From assembly GCA_947589025.1 (NCBI GenBank), contig CANQAY010000003.1:24907-88906 (forward strand): a DNA stretch of 64,000 nt. The letters run 5' to 3'. Position numbers and translations under genes: made by a program. The stretch is from an uncultured Clostridia bacterium. GTDB taxonomy: Bacteria; Bacillota; Clostridia; Christensenellales; UBA1242. The notes beneath the pieces were generated by a model that saw only the letters and a program-made list of their open reading frames with translations, was not told the DNA's origin and did not search any database. Shown here piece after piece: positions 1-10,040 of this stretch. Within the stretch, counting starts at the first letter, position 1, and each line of letters begins with the position of its first letter.

Positions 1-3000
1 ATTATAGAAAATTTTATTATCTTAACACTAGCACCGTGTTCGGCGAATATGACGAGTTGGGCAGATATGGTTATTTAACCATTTCGGCAACAGACACAAT
101 TGATAATGGCGCAAAAGATGTTAAATATTTGGTTATTTATGATTTAGACAGCAACAACATGAGTTATTACACCTTCACTTCTGGCTCAAGCTTAACCAAC
201 TTTAATTTAACCCCTTATGAAGAAGACCAATTGTTGTTCTACGCTGGGTGTGATTTATCTTTTGATATTTACGATCAAAGCCGTGATGTTGACGCCGTTG
301 AAAATGGAGATAACGACAGCTTTATTGGCTATAGATTTAAAGAATTAAATGCCCTAGATTTTGTAAATTTAAGTTTGCAAAATTCAAATTTAAATAGTTA
401 CAGCATAAGCCTTCCTGCCTCAAGCATTGAAAGTGCAAATTTCAAAAATGGCTATGCAGATGGCCAAATTGTGGCAAAGTTTGAAAAAATTGTTTATTCA
501 GTTAATTTGTTAATTGACCAAGCCGCTGGCAGTTTAAATGTTAGCCACAATGGGGTGGAACTTGCAAATGTGTCGGAAATTAGCAACATGACGATTGATG
601 ACGAATATGTTATAAGCTATAGATCCGAATTGGGCTACGAATTAACCTCAACCAACCCATTAACCTTTACAAACAGCATAAACAACAACATAATTGTTGT
701 GCTTTACTCAACCGCAGAGGAAGATGGCGTAATTATTCAAAGATATGTTTTAACTTTAAATGCCGAATGGCTAAGAACAAATTATTATTCTAATTTTGAC
801 AACGCTTATTCAGTTAACAACACAAACCTTGGCAACATTAATGTTAACACGCAAGAAATTTTGTTTAACTATGGCGTTAAAGTTTATGATATTTCGGATA
901 ATGACGAAAACATTAACATAAGAACACTTTTGGAAAACCGAGCCGATTATGGCAACTATAGTTTATCTAACAACACGGTAGATATTAGCAATTTGTTTGT
1001 TGAAATAGGTGGCGGCTGGGGTTATAAATATAACGGTGTTGAATACGCCGTTATGCAAAGTGGTGAATATAATGTAACCAACCCAACCATCCGGTTAAAT
1101 TCTTGCATTTTCTTTAAAGAATATGATTATTTATTAAGTTCTAGCATCAAACCTAATGTTTCATATTCCGTTTCGCCAGATCAATTAAAAAATTTAATAG
1201 AATATGAAGATGGCGTTATTGTGCCAAAAGATGCAAGAAACATTTATTTTGTTGTGTATGTAAGGCAACAATTTGCCATAACTTTAAAAGTGGAATTTAT
1301 GGATAAAGATGCTAAAAGCGGCACGCGAACCACCACATTTAGCATGCAAACCAGAAATAATAATGCAACGCTTACCATTTCGGGCGCTGACGAAAATAAA
1401 TCAATAATTGTTTACACCTACGCTGGCTACACTGCAAACATATTAAATTACAGTTTGGATGCCGACGCGCAAAAACGCTATAGCGGGGTGGAATATACCC
1501 TAAATGAAAACATTAATATTTTGCCAAACACAAATTTTCAGATTACTGAAAATAGCACAATTGTTATTAAATATATTCCAAAATCGCTTAATGTAATAAC
1601 CCAATTTTATGTTAACAATGTGTTGTGCGATGAACAGCCAAGCGAAATTACCGAATTTGCTATAACATCAAGTTCTTCTAGCTTAAATTTGTTTGTAAAT
1701 GATGTTTTAACTGTTAGCTATCAATGCAACCCAGATTATGATATTTCAATAACATTTAACAATAAAACCCCACAATCAACCCAAAATAACACCGTAGCTT
1801 ACACAATTACGGATGACGATTATGAAGCCGGCTTTGTTAACTTAGTTGTAATGTTAACCATTCATAAAAATGGAGATTTACAAATAGCCTTCTCATTAGA
1901 AGATGGCAAGGCGTTATCATCAGATGATTATGGCAGATTTGAAGTAACAGTTTCTGGCAACGAGCAAACTTCAACCACACAGGGCACCAAATCGGTTTCA
2001 ATAAATGTGCTTGAAGGCAGAGCAATAAGCCTAAAAATACACTTAAATGAAGGTTATAGCTTTAAATACATTAAAGATGATAGAAATCAACTTATTACCG
2101 ATGTTTTGCAAGATGAAATTGTTTTAACCGATAATTTTGATGTTACTGTAAAAAGTTACATTATTTGCATTAAAAAGGATAGCATTCAGGTCAACTTGCA
2201 GTTTGACGAAGGGCAAATTGCCAACTACACACTTGATGTTAATGACGAAAATGGCATTCAAAAAACAGTTGATGAGACAGGCAATGTTAGCATAACCGGG
2301 CTTTATGTTGGCAAAGAAGTAAGCATAAGGAGATTAAGCGATTTACCTTATGAAGAGTTGGAGTATTATTATTTGCAAGGCTTTGAATCTAACCACATAT
2401 CTTCACCTTTAGCTATTGATAAAGAACTGCTTAGAACATTGCAATCTAACACAATAACAATAAAGGTTAAAAGCATAAGAAAATATTATATTTCAATTGA
2501 ATATGATAACCCAGAGTTAACCGACCTTAAACTTTCAAGCGACATTGGCGAAACTGGCAATTACATTGCAGAAGATGCAGATCACACTGCAAGCCTAACC
2601 TTCACGCTAGACAGCACAGTGCCAACAAAATATATCACTTCTGTTTATTTGCAAAATGCAAGCCAAGCTTTAAAATCGGGCTTTAATCCAATAACATTTA
2701 CCTTGTCTGTTAACAAAGGCAACATTTCAATTGATGATGAATTTAAAGCAACGGTTATAGATTCTCAATTTGTAAACATAAAAATATCCGTAGAGGCCAG
2801 AACATTTAACCAAACAGACAGTGTGCGTGAATATTTGTATGATGCACTTGAACAAGAGCCACAACTTACCGATACTCCGGTTAACAACGCACAAAATTTA
2901 GGCAAAACTGGTTATTTGGAGCAAGCGGAATTGTGCATAGTGCGAAAAACAGACGATAGGGAACTAACCGAATTTAATATTCAAACTGTTGAAGGTGCAA

Positions 3001-3227
3001 CAATTAATGTTAAACTAGATGGTAATTTGCAAGCGACATCCAGTGCGGGCAAAGTTGAAATAAACGGCAATGTAATAACATTAACCATTGGTGATGGAGA
3101 CGATGCCGTAACTTATACTTACACATTAATTGTGCAAGAAAATAGAATTTATATCTATTACACAGTTTACGGCCCAACTCAAATTGAACTCTATTACACT
3201 GCCTTTAAAACAGTGCAACCTAGCTAA
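1..3227 (+). CDS. large Asn/Thr/Ser/Tyr-rich beta-type secreted or surface protein, C-terminal part (5' end outside the window)
   Basis: ORF track 36..3227. The same frame upstream of the GTG at 36 (codons from nt 3: Y R K F Y Y L N T S T) has no stop, so the frame is open to the window edge. No catalytic motif, LPXTG or C-terminal TM recognised. Confidence 0.6.
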   Translation, partial: YRKFYYLNTSTVFGEYDELGRYGYLTISATDTIDNGAKDVKYLVIYDLDSNNMSYYTFTSGSSLTNFNLTPYEEDQLLFYAGCDLSFDIYDQSRDVDAVENGDNDSFIGYRFKELNALDFVNLSLQNSNLNSYSISLPASSIESANFKNGYADGQIVAKFEKIVYSVNLLIDQAAGSLNVSHNGVELANVSEISNMTIDDEYVISYRSELGYELTSTNPLTFTNSINNNIIVVLYSTAEEDGVIIQRYVLTLNAEWLRTNYYSNFDNAYSVNNTNLGNINVNTQEILFNYGVKVYDISDNDENINIRTLLENRADYGNYSLSNNTVDISNLFVEIGGGWGYKYNGVEYAVMQSGEYNVTNPTIRLNSCIFFKEYDYLLSSSIKPNVSYSVSPDQLKNLIEYEDGVIVPKDARNIYFVVYVRQQFAITLKVEFMDKDAKSGTRTTTFSMQTRNNNATLTISGADENKSIIVYTYAGYTANILNYSLDADAQKRYSGVEYTLNENINILPNTNFQITENSTIVIKYIPKSLNVITQFYVNNVLCDEQPSEITEFAITSSSSSLNLFVNDVLTVSYQCNPDYDISITFNNKTPQSTQNNTVAYTITDDDYEAGFVNLVVMLTIHKNGDLQIAFSLEDGKALSSDDYGRFEVTVSGNEQTSTTQGTKSVSINVLEGRAISLKIHLNEGYSFKYIKDDRNQLITDVLQDEIVLTDNFDVTVKSYIICIKKDSIQVNLQFDEGQIANYTLDVNDENGIQKTVDETGNVSITGLYVGKEVSIRRLSDLPYEELEYYYLQGFESNHISSPLAIDKELLRTLQSNTITIKVKSIRKYYISIEYDNPELTDLKLSSDIGETGNYIAEDADHTASLTFTLDSTVPTKYITSVYLQNASQALKSGFNPITFTLSVNKGNISIDDEFKATVIDSQFVNIKISVEARTFNQTDSVREYLYDALEQEPQLTDTPVNNAQNLGKTGYLEQAELCIVRKTDDRELTEFNIQTVEGATINVKLDGNLQATSSAGKVEINGNVITLTIGDGDDAVTYTYTLIVQENRIYIYYTVYGPTQIELYYTAFKTVQPS

Positions 3228-3237
3228 AATTAAGATT

Positions 3238-3262
3238 AACCAAGTTTTACTTGGTTTTTTCT
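3238..3262 (+). terminator. rho-independent terminator after the large ORF
   Basis: AACCAAGT-ttt-ACTTGGTT hairpin followed by a T-run. Confidence 0.7.
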
Positions 3263-3295
3263 TTAAAAAATTTTAAAAATTTTTGGCAAAAACGC

Positions 3296-3324
3296 TTGAC
3301 ATTGGGGAATAATAGGAGTAGAAT
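3296..3324 (+). promoter_or_regulatory. sigma-A type promoter of the ctsR operon
   Basis: TTGACA (3296-3301), 17-nt spacer, TAGAAT (3319-3324). Confidence 0.75.
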
Positions 3325-3331
3325 GATTAAA

Positions 3332-3348
3332 GGTCAAAGATAGTCAAA
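3332..3348 (+). promoter_or_regulatory. CtsR operator (direct heptad repeat)
   Basis: GGTCAAAGATAGTCAAA matches the published CtsR box (A/G)GTCAAA-NAN-(A/G)GTCAAA at every position. It lies just downstream of the -10 and upstream of ctsR. Confidence 0.85.
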
Positions 3349-3369
3349 CCGCAAGAAAAAAGGAGGCGC

Positions 3370-3837
3370 ATGAATAAAACAATAAGTGATATTATAGAAG
3401 AATTTATAATTTCCAGCCTAGATGACGATAGTTTTATTGAACTTTCAAGGAACGATTTAGCAAAATTTTTTGCATGTGTGCCCAGCCAAATAAACTATGT
3501 GTTAAACACAAGGTTTACAATTAATCGTGGCTTTATGGTGGAAAGTCAGCGCGGTGGCGGTGGCTACATTAAAGTTACGCGGCTTATGGATACTAATGAA
3601 AATTTTTTAAAATCTGCCCTAAATAATTGCACCGAACCAGTAAATTTGGCAAGAGGCAATCAAATTGTTAACACAATGCAAGAAAAGGCGTTGCTAACAA
3701 AAAATGAGGCGGAAATTTTAAAAAGTGCAATAAGCAACAAGGCGCTAAATAATCCAATTAATATGGAAAATGTTATGCGCAGCAACATTTTAAAACAAGT
3801 AATTTTGCAATTAATGAAAAATAATTTTCACAATTAA
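3370..3837 (+). CDS. ctsR: CtsR, repressor of class III stress genes
   Basis: N-terminus ...SDIIEEFI...SRNDLAKFFACVPSQINYVL..RF....GF.VESQRGGGGYIKV is typical of CtsR. RBS AAGGAGG. First gene of the ctsR-mcsA-mcsB-clpC order. Confidence 0.93.
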   Translation: MNKTISDIIEEFIISSLDDDSFIELSRNDLAKFFACVPSQINYVLNTRFTINRGFMVESQRGGGGYIKVTRLMDTNENFLKSALNNCTEPVNLARGNQIVNTMQEKALLTKNEAEILKSAISNKALNNPINMENVMRSNILKQVILQLMKNNFHN

Positions 3838-3849
3838 AGGAGGTTAAAT

Positions 3850-4344
3850 ATGAATTGTGATAGATGTGGAAAACCTAGTGTTTATCATTCAACACTAATT
3901 GTAAATGGCGTTAGCCAAACAACCAATTTGTGCCGGGAGTGTGCAATAAAAGAAGGCGTGTTTGATGCTTCGCCAACCAGCATTTTTGATGAATTATTTA
4001 TGCCATTTGCCGATATTTTGCCTTTTGAAAAGGTTAAAAACATTGTTTGTCCAGTGTGCAAAACAAGTTTAAAAGAATTTAAGCAAACACATAAATTGGG
4101 TTGCCCAAATTGTTACGATGTTTTTAAAGAGGAAATTGAAAAAATTGTAAGCAAAATAGCACCATTTTCAACCCATAAGCAGGAGCCTATTAAAAAATTA
4201 AAATCCACTAAGAAAAAGGAATCTAAAGCACAAACTATATTAGAACTTCGCAATCAAATGGCGCAAGCCGTTAAAGAGGAGCGTTATGAAGATGCAGCCA
4301 AAATTAAAAAGCAAATAAAGGCACTGGAGAGCGAAAATGAATAA
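3850..4344 (+). CDS. mcsA: McsA (zinc-finger / UVR-motif activator of McsB)
   Basis: Four CxxC motifs (CDRC, CREC, CPVC, CPNC) plus a C-terminal UVR-like helix (ILELRNQMAQAVKEERYEDAAKIKKQI). Operon position fits. Confidence 0.88.
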   Translation: MNCDRCGKPSVYHSTLIVNGVSQTTNLCRECAIKEGVFDASPTSIFDELFMPFADILPFEKVKNIVCPVCKTSLKEFKQTHKLGCPNCYDVFKEEIEKIVSKIAPFSTHKQEPIKKLKSTKKKESKAQTILELRNQMAQAVKEERYEDAAKIKKQIKALESENE

Positions 4345-5251
4345 CATAATTTACACAAAAGTAAACTTTTATAGAAATGTTAAAGATTATAAATTTACCC
4401 CAAAGCTTGAAGAGGGCAAAAGACAAGAAATTATATTAAAATTGCAAGATGTTTTAACCGATTTTACTAAAATAGACTACTCTCAGGCTAACGAGCAAAT
4501 TAAAAATTATATTACCGAAACATTAATGCTAAACCCCAAAAATAATATTATATTTTTAAACAAAAAAAACAATGTTGCCGTGTTGCCATTTGAGGGTGAG
4601 CACATTTTAATTTCAAGCCAATGTGAAAATTTTAGTGAAAATTGCTTTAACAAAGCCAAGGAAGTGGAAACATTGCTTGCAAACAAAATAAATTTAACTT
4701 TTAACGATCAATATGGCTATTTAATGAGCGATTTATCTAAACTTGGCTGCGGCGTAAAAATAGAGGCGGGCATAGATTTAAACGCTATTAATCAGCTAGA
4801 TAAAATAGAGCAAGTTAAGCGTAATTTAGCTAAATTGGGCTATTCGTTATTAGAAACGGGAGATAAAAATATTTATGTGCTATCCACCGTTTGCAATTTG
4901 GGTTACAGTGAAAGCGAAGTTAAATTGGAGTTTGAAAAAACATTAAACAAATTGCAAGAGCTTGAACTTGAAAGCGCAAAAATGTTGGATGTTGAAAATC
5001 ATGATGTGTTTATAGATAAAGCACAACGCAGTTTGGCAATTTTGGGCGCCGCGCACATTTTAACTTATGATGAATTAGAAACTCACATAAGCACATTGCG
5101 ATTGGGCATAAATTTAAACTTAATTGATTTAAAACAAGCAACAATTAATAAACTTCAAGCACTGGTTTTAAACAAAAATAAAGATTATATTTCAAAAACG
5201 GAATTAATTGATTTAGCAAACAATGTAAAAAACATTTTAAAAGGAGAATAA
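4337..5251 (+). CDS. mcsB: McsB-like protein (ATP:guanido phosphotransferase fold, divergent, short)
   Basis: Position between mcsA and clpC with an 8-nt overlap with mcsA. Overall colinearity with McsB, but the signature loops are altered (see findings). Confidence 0.7.
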   Translation: MNNIIYTKVNFYRNVKDYKFTPKLEEGKRQEIILKLQDVLTDFTKIDYSQANEQIKNYITETLMLNPKNNIIFLNKKNNVAVLPFEGEHILISSQCENFSENCFNKAKEVETLLANKINLTFNDQYGYLMSDLSKLGCGVKIEAGIDLNAINQLDKIEQVKRNLAKLGYSLLETGDKNIYVLSTVCNLGYSESEVKLEFEKTLNKLQELELESAKMLDVENHDVFIDKAQRSLAILGAAHILTYDELETHISTLRLGINLNLIDLKQATINKLQALVLNKNKDYISKTELIDLANNVKNILKGE

Positions 5252-5252
5252 T

Positions 5253-7727
5253 ATGTACAATTTAACCGATTTGGCAAATAAATGCATTCAAATTGCCAGC
5301 AAATTTGCTTCAAACTTTGGCAACACAGTTGGCACCGAACACATTTTGTACGCACTAACAAAAGTTGAAAGCAAATCTAAAAAATTGCTTAAAGCTTATA
5401 AGGTGGAAAGTGACATTATTCAGCAAGTGTTGGAAAGCGTTAATTCTGCCGCAATTCCTTCAAATGTGGTGGAGTTAACCCCTAGGGTGAAAGAGTTGCT
5501 TATGATTGCCTCTTCCGTTGCAAAACGCACGCATTCTGCATATATTTCCACCGAACATTTGCTTGTGGCACTTTTAAGCCAAGAGGATAGTTTTGCAATA
5601 AACATTTTGGCAAACGCGCTTAAATTAAATGTTTATGAAATGCGCAACAAAGCCATTACGCTTATTGCAAATGTTTCCAACAATGGCACAGTTAACGATT
5701 TTAACACCGATGGCTTTGTTCAGGTTGGCAACATGGGCAATGGCACAAGCGCGCCTAAACAAGATGCATATTTAAGCGAGTTGCCTGAAGAATTGCTAGA
5801 GATGGGCAGCGACCTTACATTGCGCGCAAAAAATGGCAAAATAGACCCAATTATTGGCAGAGATAACGAAATTGAGCGCATGATTGAAATTTTGTGCCGC
5901 AAAACAAAAAATAACCCAGTTTTAATAGGTGAGGCCGGCGTGGGCAAAACGGCAGTTGTTGAAGGCCTTGCAAGGCGCATTGTGGCTGGTGATGTGCCCG
6001 GATTTTTGAAAAATAAAACAATTTATAGCTTAGATATTGGCGGGTTAATGGCTGGCACAAAATATCGCGGCAGCATGGAAGAAAAATTGAAAAACGCCAT
6101 TGAACTTATTACAAACAACAAAAATATTATTGTGTTTATTGATGAAATTCACACACTTGCCCAAGTTGGCAGTGATAAAGGCGAAACCAATCCGGCAGAT
6201 ATGCTAAAACCTTATCTTGCGCGTGGTGAAATGCAAACAATTGGTGCCACCACCACAGATGAATACAGAAAATATATTGAAAAAGACAAGGCATTAGAGC
6301 GCCGTTTCCAACCTATTACGGTTGACCCACCAACAGTTGAACAAACCATTGAAATTTTAACCGGCTTGCGGGATAGTTACGAGGCATTTCATAAGGTTAA
6401 AATAAGCAATGAGGCAATTAAAGCCGCTGCTGAGTTAAGTGATAGATACATTCAGGACAGAAGTTTGCCAGATAAGGCCATAGACCTAATAGACGAGGCT
6501 TCAAGCCGTGCAAAAGTTAAAAGCAATTACGAATCTAGCGAAGTTAAAGCCCTTAAAGTTAAATTGAATAAATTAGAAGGCGAAAAAGAAGATGCCGTAA
6601 GCCAAGAAGATTTTGAAAAGGCAAGCAAATTAAGGGACCACATTGCAAAATTAAAAGAGGATATTGAAAGGCAAAAATCCATGCCGGGCAACAACAACGT
6701 GGCAGTGGAAATAACCGAACAAGACATTGCCGAAGTTGTAAGCAAATGGACAAATATTCCACTAACAAAACTAACTGAGGGTGAGGCAGAAAAATTGTTG
6801 CACCTAGAAAAAACATTAATGGAACGCGTTAAAGGGCAGGACGAGGCGGTTGAAAAGGTAAGCAAAGCCATAAGGCGCAGCCGCATAGGCATAAGAGACC
6901 CTAGGCGTCCAATTGGCAGTTTCTTATTCCTTGGTCCAACTGGCGTGGGCAAAACCGAACTAAGCAAAGCGCTTGCCGAAGCACTTTTTGATGACGAAAA
7001 TAAAATTATTAGGCTTGACATGAGCGAATTTATGGAAGCCCACAGCGTGAGCAAGCTTATTGGCAGCCCTCCGGGATATGTTGGCTTTGATGATGGCGGG
7101 CAACTTACCGAGCAAGTAAGGCGCAAACCATATTCAGTTGTGCTGTTTGATGAAATTGAGAAGGCACACCCAGAAGTGTTTAACATGCTTTTGCAAATTT
7201 TGGATGATGGCCGCCTTACCGATAGCCACGGCAAAGTGGTAAGCTTTAAAAACACCATTATTATAATGACCTCCAATATTGGCAGCGATAAATTAAACAA
7301 AACATCAGTTAGCCTAGGTTTTGGAGACAAGGCAAACGATGATAAATCTGCTGTTATGTTAGGCGAACTTAAAAAATATTTTAAACCAGAGTTAATTAAC
7401 AGAATTGATAACATTGTTGTGTTTAATAAATTAAGCCAAACTGTTTTAAAAGAAATTGCAAAGAAAATGTTAACAGATTTAAACAAAAATTTAAAACAAA
7501 GCGGGGTAGAATTAAAGTTTACCACAGCAACATTTAATTATCTAGTTAAAAATGGCACAAATGAAGATTTTGGCGCAAGGCCATTAAGAAGGCTTATTAC
7601 AACCAAAATTGAAGATGAACTTGCCGATAAAATGCTTAAAGGCGAAGTAAAGGCAGGGGATCAACTGCTTGTGGATTGTAAAAATGATAAATTAACATTT
7701 TTAACAAAACAGGTGGATAAAAATTAA
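5253..7727 (+). CDS. clpC: ClpC, AAA+ ATPase subunit of the Clp protease
   Basis: Two Walker A motifs ([18 protein letters not shown]), Clp N-repeat N-terminus, UVR-like middle domain, 824 aa. Confidence 0.97.
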   Translation: MYNLTDLANKCIQIASKFASNFGNTVGTEHILYALTKVESKSKKLLKAYKVESDIIQQVLESVNSAAIPSNVVELTPRVKELLMIASSVAKRTHSAYISTEHLLVALLSQEDSFAINILANALKLNVYEMRNKAITLIANVSNNGTVNDFNTDGFVQVGNMGNGTSAPKQDAYLSELPEELLEMGSDLTLRAKNGKIDPIIGRDNEIERMIEILCRKTKNNPVLIGEAGVGKTAVVEGLARRIVAGDVPGFLKNKTIYSLDIGGLMAGTKYRGSMEEKLKNAIELITNNKNIIVFIDEIHTLAQVGSDKGETNPADMLKPYLARGEMQTIGATTTDEYRKYIEKDKALERRFQPITVDPPTVEQTIEILTGLRDSYEAFHKVKISNEAIKAAAELSDRYIQDRSLPDKAIDLIDEASSRAKVKSNYESSEVKALKVKLNKLEGEKEDAVSQEDFEKASKLRDHIAKLKEDIERQKSMPGNNNVAVEITEQDIAEVVSKWTNIPLTKLTEGEAEKLLHLEKTLMERVKGQDEAVEKVSKAIRRSRIGIRDPRRPIGSFLFLGPTGVGKTELSKALAEALFDDENKIIRLDMSEFMEAHSVSKLIGSPPGYVGFDDGGQLTEQVRRKPYSVVLFDEIEKAHPEVFNMLLQILDDGRLTDSHGKVVSFKNTIIIMTSNIGSDKLNKTSVSLGFGDKANDDKSAVMLGELKKYFKPELINRIDNIVVFNKLSQTVLKEIAKKMLTDLNKNLKQSGVELKFTTATFNYLVKNGTNEDFGARPLRRLITTKIEDELADKMLKGEVKAGDQLLVDCKNDKLTFLTKQVDKN

Positions 7728-7731
7728 AAAA

Positions 7732-7757
7732 ATAAGGCAAAGTGCCTTATTTTTTTA
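7732..7757. terminator. bidirectional rho-independent terminator between clpC and the convergent gene
   Basis: ATAAGGCA-aag-TGCCTTAT flanked by an A-run and a T-run. The stop codon of the minus-strand gene lies in the stem. Confidence 0.75.
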
Positions 7758-8433
7758 TGCTTCCGTTTGCAAAAGTTAATTTTTCAAAATTCAAATACCT
7801 TAAATTGTCTTCCTCATCGGTCGCAATAATTGTTGCATTGGCATTTTTAATAATAGTTTCTGCCAATTGGCAACTTTTTGCATCTAAATCTTCAAAAAAA
7901 TTTTCTAATAAAAGATATTTAGGTTGCCTTATTATTGCACGCAAAAGCGCTATAATTTTTTGTGCATTAAAATTTAAAGCTTTAATTTTTAATTTTTTAA
8001 CAAAAGTAATGACATCAAGTGCAAAAAATTTTTGCTTTTCCTTTTCATCTAACTGGCTATATAAATAATTTTTAATATCATATTGCTTTAAAGCGGAAAC
8101 AACCATCTCAGATGCAACTTTTTTGTTAACTTTTCTTGAAATTAAAGGGTAAATTAGGTTTTTAAAAACACTTTTGTGTTTAAACAAATAATTTTCTTGC
8201 GTAACATATGCCAAATTTAAATCTTTATCCTTAATATCTTTTAAATTCACGCCTTCAAGCAGAACTTCGCCGCCATAATGTTTGTCAATTTTAGCAATTA
8301 TGCGCAAAACAAAATTATTTCCGCTTGCTTTGTCTCCAATCAACAGAGTATTTTTATTTATGTTAAACTTCACATTAAAAAGAGAATAATATTCTTTAAT
8401 ATATTTAATGTTAACCGAATTAAAACTAATCAT
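7747..8433 (-). CDS. ABC-transporter ATPase-like protein with degenerate catalytic motifs
   Basis: Colinear with an ABC NBD (Q-loop YVTQE present). Walker A reads GDKASGNNF, the signature reads LNFNAQ, Walker B reads LLLENF, and the H-loop His is replaced (IIATDEED). Confidence 0.6.
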   Translation of the reverse strand: MISFNSVNIKYIKEYYSLFNVKFNINKNTLLIGDKASGNNFVLRIIAKIDKHYGGEVLLEGVNLKDIKDKDLNLAYVTQENYLFKHKSVFKNLIYPLISRKVNKKVASEMVVSALKQYDIKNYLYSQLDEKEKQKFFALDVITFVKKLKIKALNFNAQKIIALLRAIIRQPKYLLLENFFEDLDAKSCQLAETIIKNANATIIATDEEDNLRYLNFEKLTFANGSIKK

Positions 8434-8485
8434 TTAAAAAGTTTATCATAAAAGTGCAAAAAAATCAAATTTTAGCAACAAAAAT

Positions 8486-9589
8486 TTAAAATTGCAAATA
8501 TCCAGCGCCTTCACTGTCTTTATCTCCTGTAATTTTAACGCAGTGGGAAAGCAAAAAATTTTTAATTTCGTTATTTGTTATTTTGGGCCAGCGAGATTTT
8601 ATATCCGCACAAATCCCCGCCACAATTGGGGTGGCAACGCTAGTGCCGGACATGTTAGTGTAAGGCTCATTTAGATTGTTGCATGAGGTTATATCCACAG
8701 CGGGGGCAAGTAAATCTGGTTTGTGCCCATAAATTGTTGGCCCGCGGCTAGAAAAATCTGCAATATTCATGCTGCCAGTGTCAAGCGCACCAACTGTAAT
8801 AATGTAAGGGTTGTTTCCGGGTGACTTAATTGTGTTTTTGTCCGGCCCACTGTTGCCCGCAGCAGCCACAACTGTTATGCCTCGTTTCCACAAACTTTCC
8901 GCCCCGCGGGATAACGGGTCCATGTTAAAATCAACATCCGCACCAAAACTCATGCATACAACTGTAATGTTATAAACTTTGTGATTTTCATACACCCACT
9001 GCATGGCATCCAAAATAGTGTTTGAATTGCTGTTGCCATTTTCACCAAGCGCTTTAATAGCCACAATGTTAGCACGCGGTGCAAAGCCAGAAAAATCTTT
9101 ATTCAAAATGCCGCAGCCACAAGCAATGCCGGCAACAAAAGTGCCATGTCCGTTGTCGTCATATGGGGTAGTTTGTTTGCCGGTTAAATCTATAAATTTT
9201 AAAATTCTGTTTTCTGGAAAAACAAAATCAAAATGCGGAAAAATTCCCGTGTCTATGAAACAAATTGTTTGATTTTGCCCCAAAAATTTGTTTTCTGTTA
9301 ATTTATTTATGTTAATAAAAATTTTTTCAAATTTTTCAATGCTAACAATGCTGTTGGCAGAAATAAAGTTAACATCGTTTTGATTGGATAAAATATTAAC
9401 ATCATCCATATCTGCCTGCAAGCAAAAACAATTGGCAAAACGATAAGGTAAGTAATTGTATTTATATTTATTTAAAAACATTTTAATGTTATTAAAATTG
9501 TTTGCCGATACAATTACATTTTGCTTATTTTGTTTGCCTAAAATTGAAACATTGTTTATAAGTTCTTTGCTTACTTTATTTAAATTCAT
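8486..9589 (-). CDS. subtilisin-like serine peptidase (S8), no signal peptide, with N-terminal propeptide-like region
   Basis: Catalytic triad motifs FIDTGI (Asp), HGTFVAG (His), GTSVATP (Ser). The N-terminus is hydrophilic. Confidence 0.85.
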   Translation of the reverse strand: MNLNKVSKELINNVSILGKQNKQNVIVSANNFNNIKMFLNKYKYNYLPYRFANCFCLQADMDDVNILSNQNDVNFISANSIVSIEKFEKIFININKLTENKFLGQNQTICFIDTGIFPHFDFVFPENRILKFIDLTGKQTTPYDDNGHGTFVAGIACGCGILNKDFSGFAPRANIVAIKALGENGNSNSNTILDAMQWVYENHKVYNITVVCMSFGADVDFNMDPLSRGAESLWKRGITVVAAAGNSGPDKNTIKSPGNNPYIITVGALDTGSMNIADFSSRGPTIYGHKPDLLAPAVDITSCNNLNEPYTNMSGTSVATPIVAGICADIKSRWPKITNNEIKNFLLSHCVKITGDKDSEGAGYLQF

Positions 9590-9677
9590 AATAAAAATTA
9601 AAAAATTTTAATAAAAACAACAAAAATATTTAAAAATTTTAAAATTTTGGTGTTAAAATTTAAATTTTAAAAATTTT

Positions 9678-9956
9678 TTATTGATTATTTATTGCGTTAA
9701 CCAATTCGTTTAGCATCTTTTGTTGCTCACTATTTAAAAATGGAGTAATAGTTTGTTTTAAATTGTTAAGCGTGTTGGCGTTTAATTTCCCTTCTTTTTT
9801 TAGCCGTGCCGCCTCACTAAACAAGTTTTGCATAAGGCTGTTTTGATCCATATCCTTATATTTGTTAATCAGTTGTTCATATTCACGAACCTTATTCTTG
9901 TTTTCGTTAATAACGTTTTGGTTTTCTTCTGCAAAACTTTTAAAATCTCTTGGCAT
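9678..9956 (-). CDS. hypothetical small helical, Asn/Lys/Glu-rich protein
   Basis: 92-aa ORF in the track. No motif recognised. Divergent from the 10041 gene. Confidence 0.45.
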   Translation of the reverse strand: MPRDFKSFAEENQNVINENKNKVREYEQLINKYKDMDQNSLMQNLFSEAARLKKEGKLNANTLNNLKQTITPFLNSEQQKMLNELVNAINNQ

Positions 9957-10040
9957 AATTACCTCTTAATTCTTTATGTTTGCGTCTGTTTTTTTGTTAA
10001 AGCTAGTAAACGAATTACAAAAATTTACATATATAACATT

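Noticed and set aside
6527-7525. 332-aa antisense ORF inside clpC. Many similar antisense ORFs lie within ppdK, parE/parC, dnaG, ftsZ, murA and other genes in the track.
   Set aside because: These are shadow ORFs opposite strongly conserved genes. They have low-complexity Ser/Leu-rich translations, no RBS, and no room for independent promoters.
9828-10040. Upstream 71 codons of the track ORF 9828..10556.
   Set aside because: It overlaps the 5' half of the 9678..9956 minus-strand gene and the intergenic promoter region, and the translation is a hydrophobic AT-rich artefact. An ATG at 10041 gives a sensible N-terminus.
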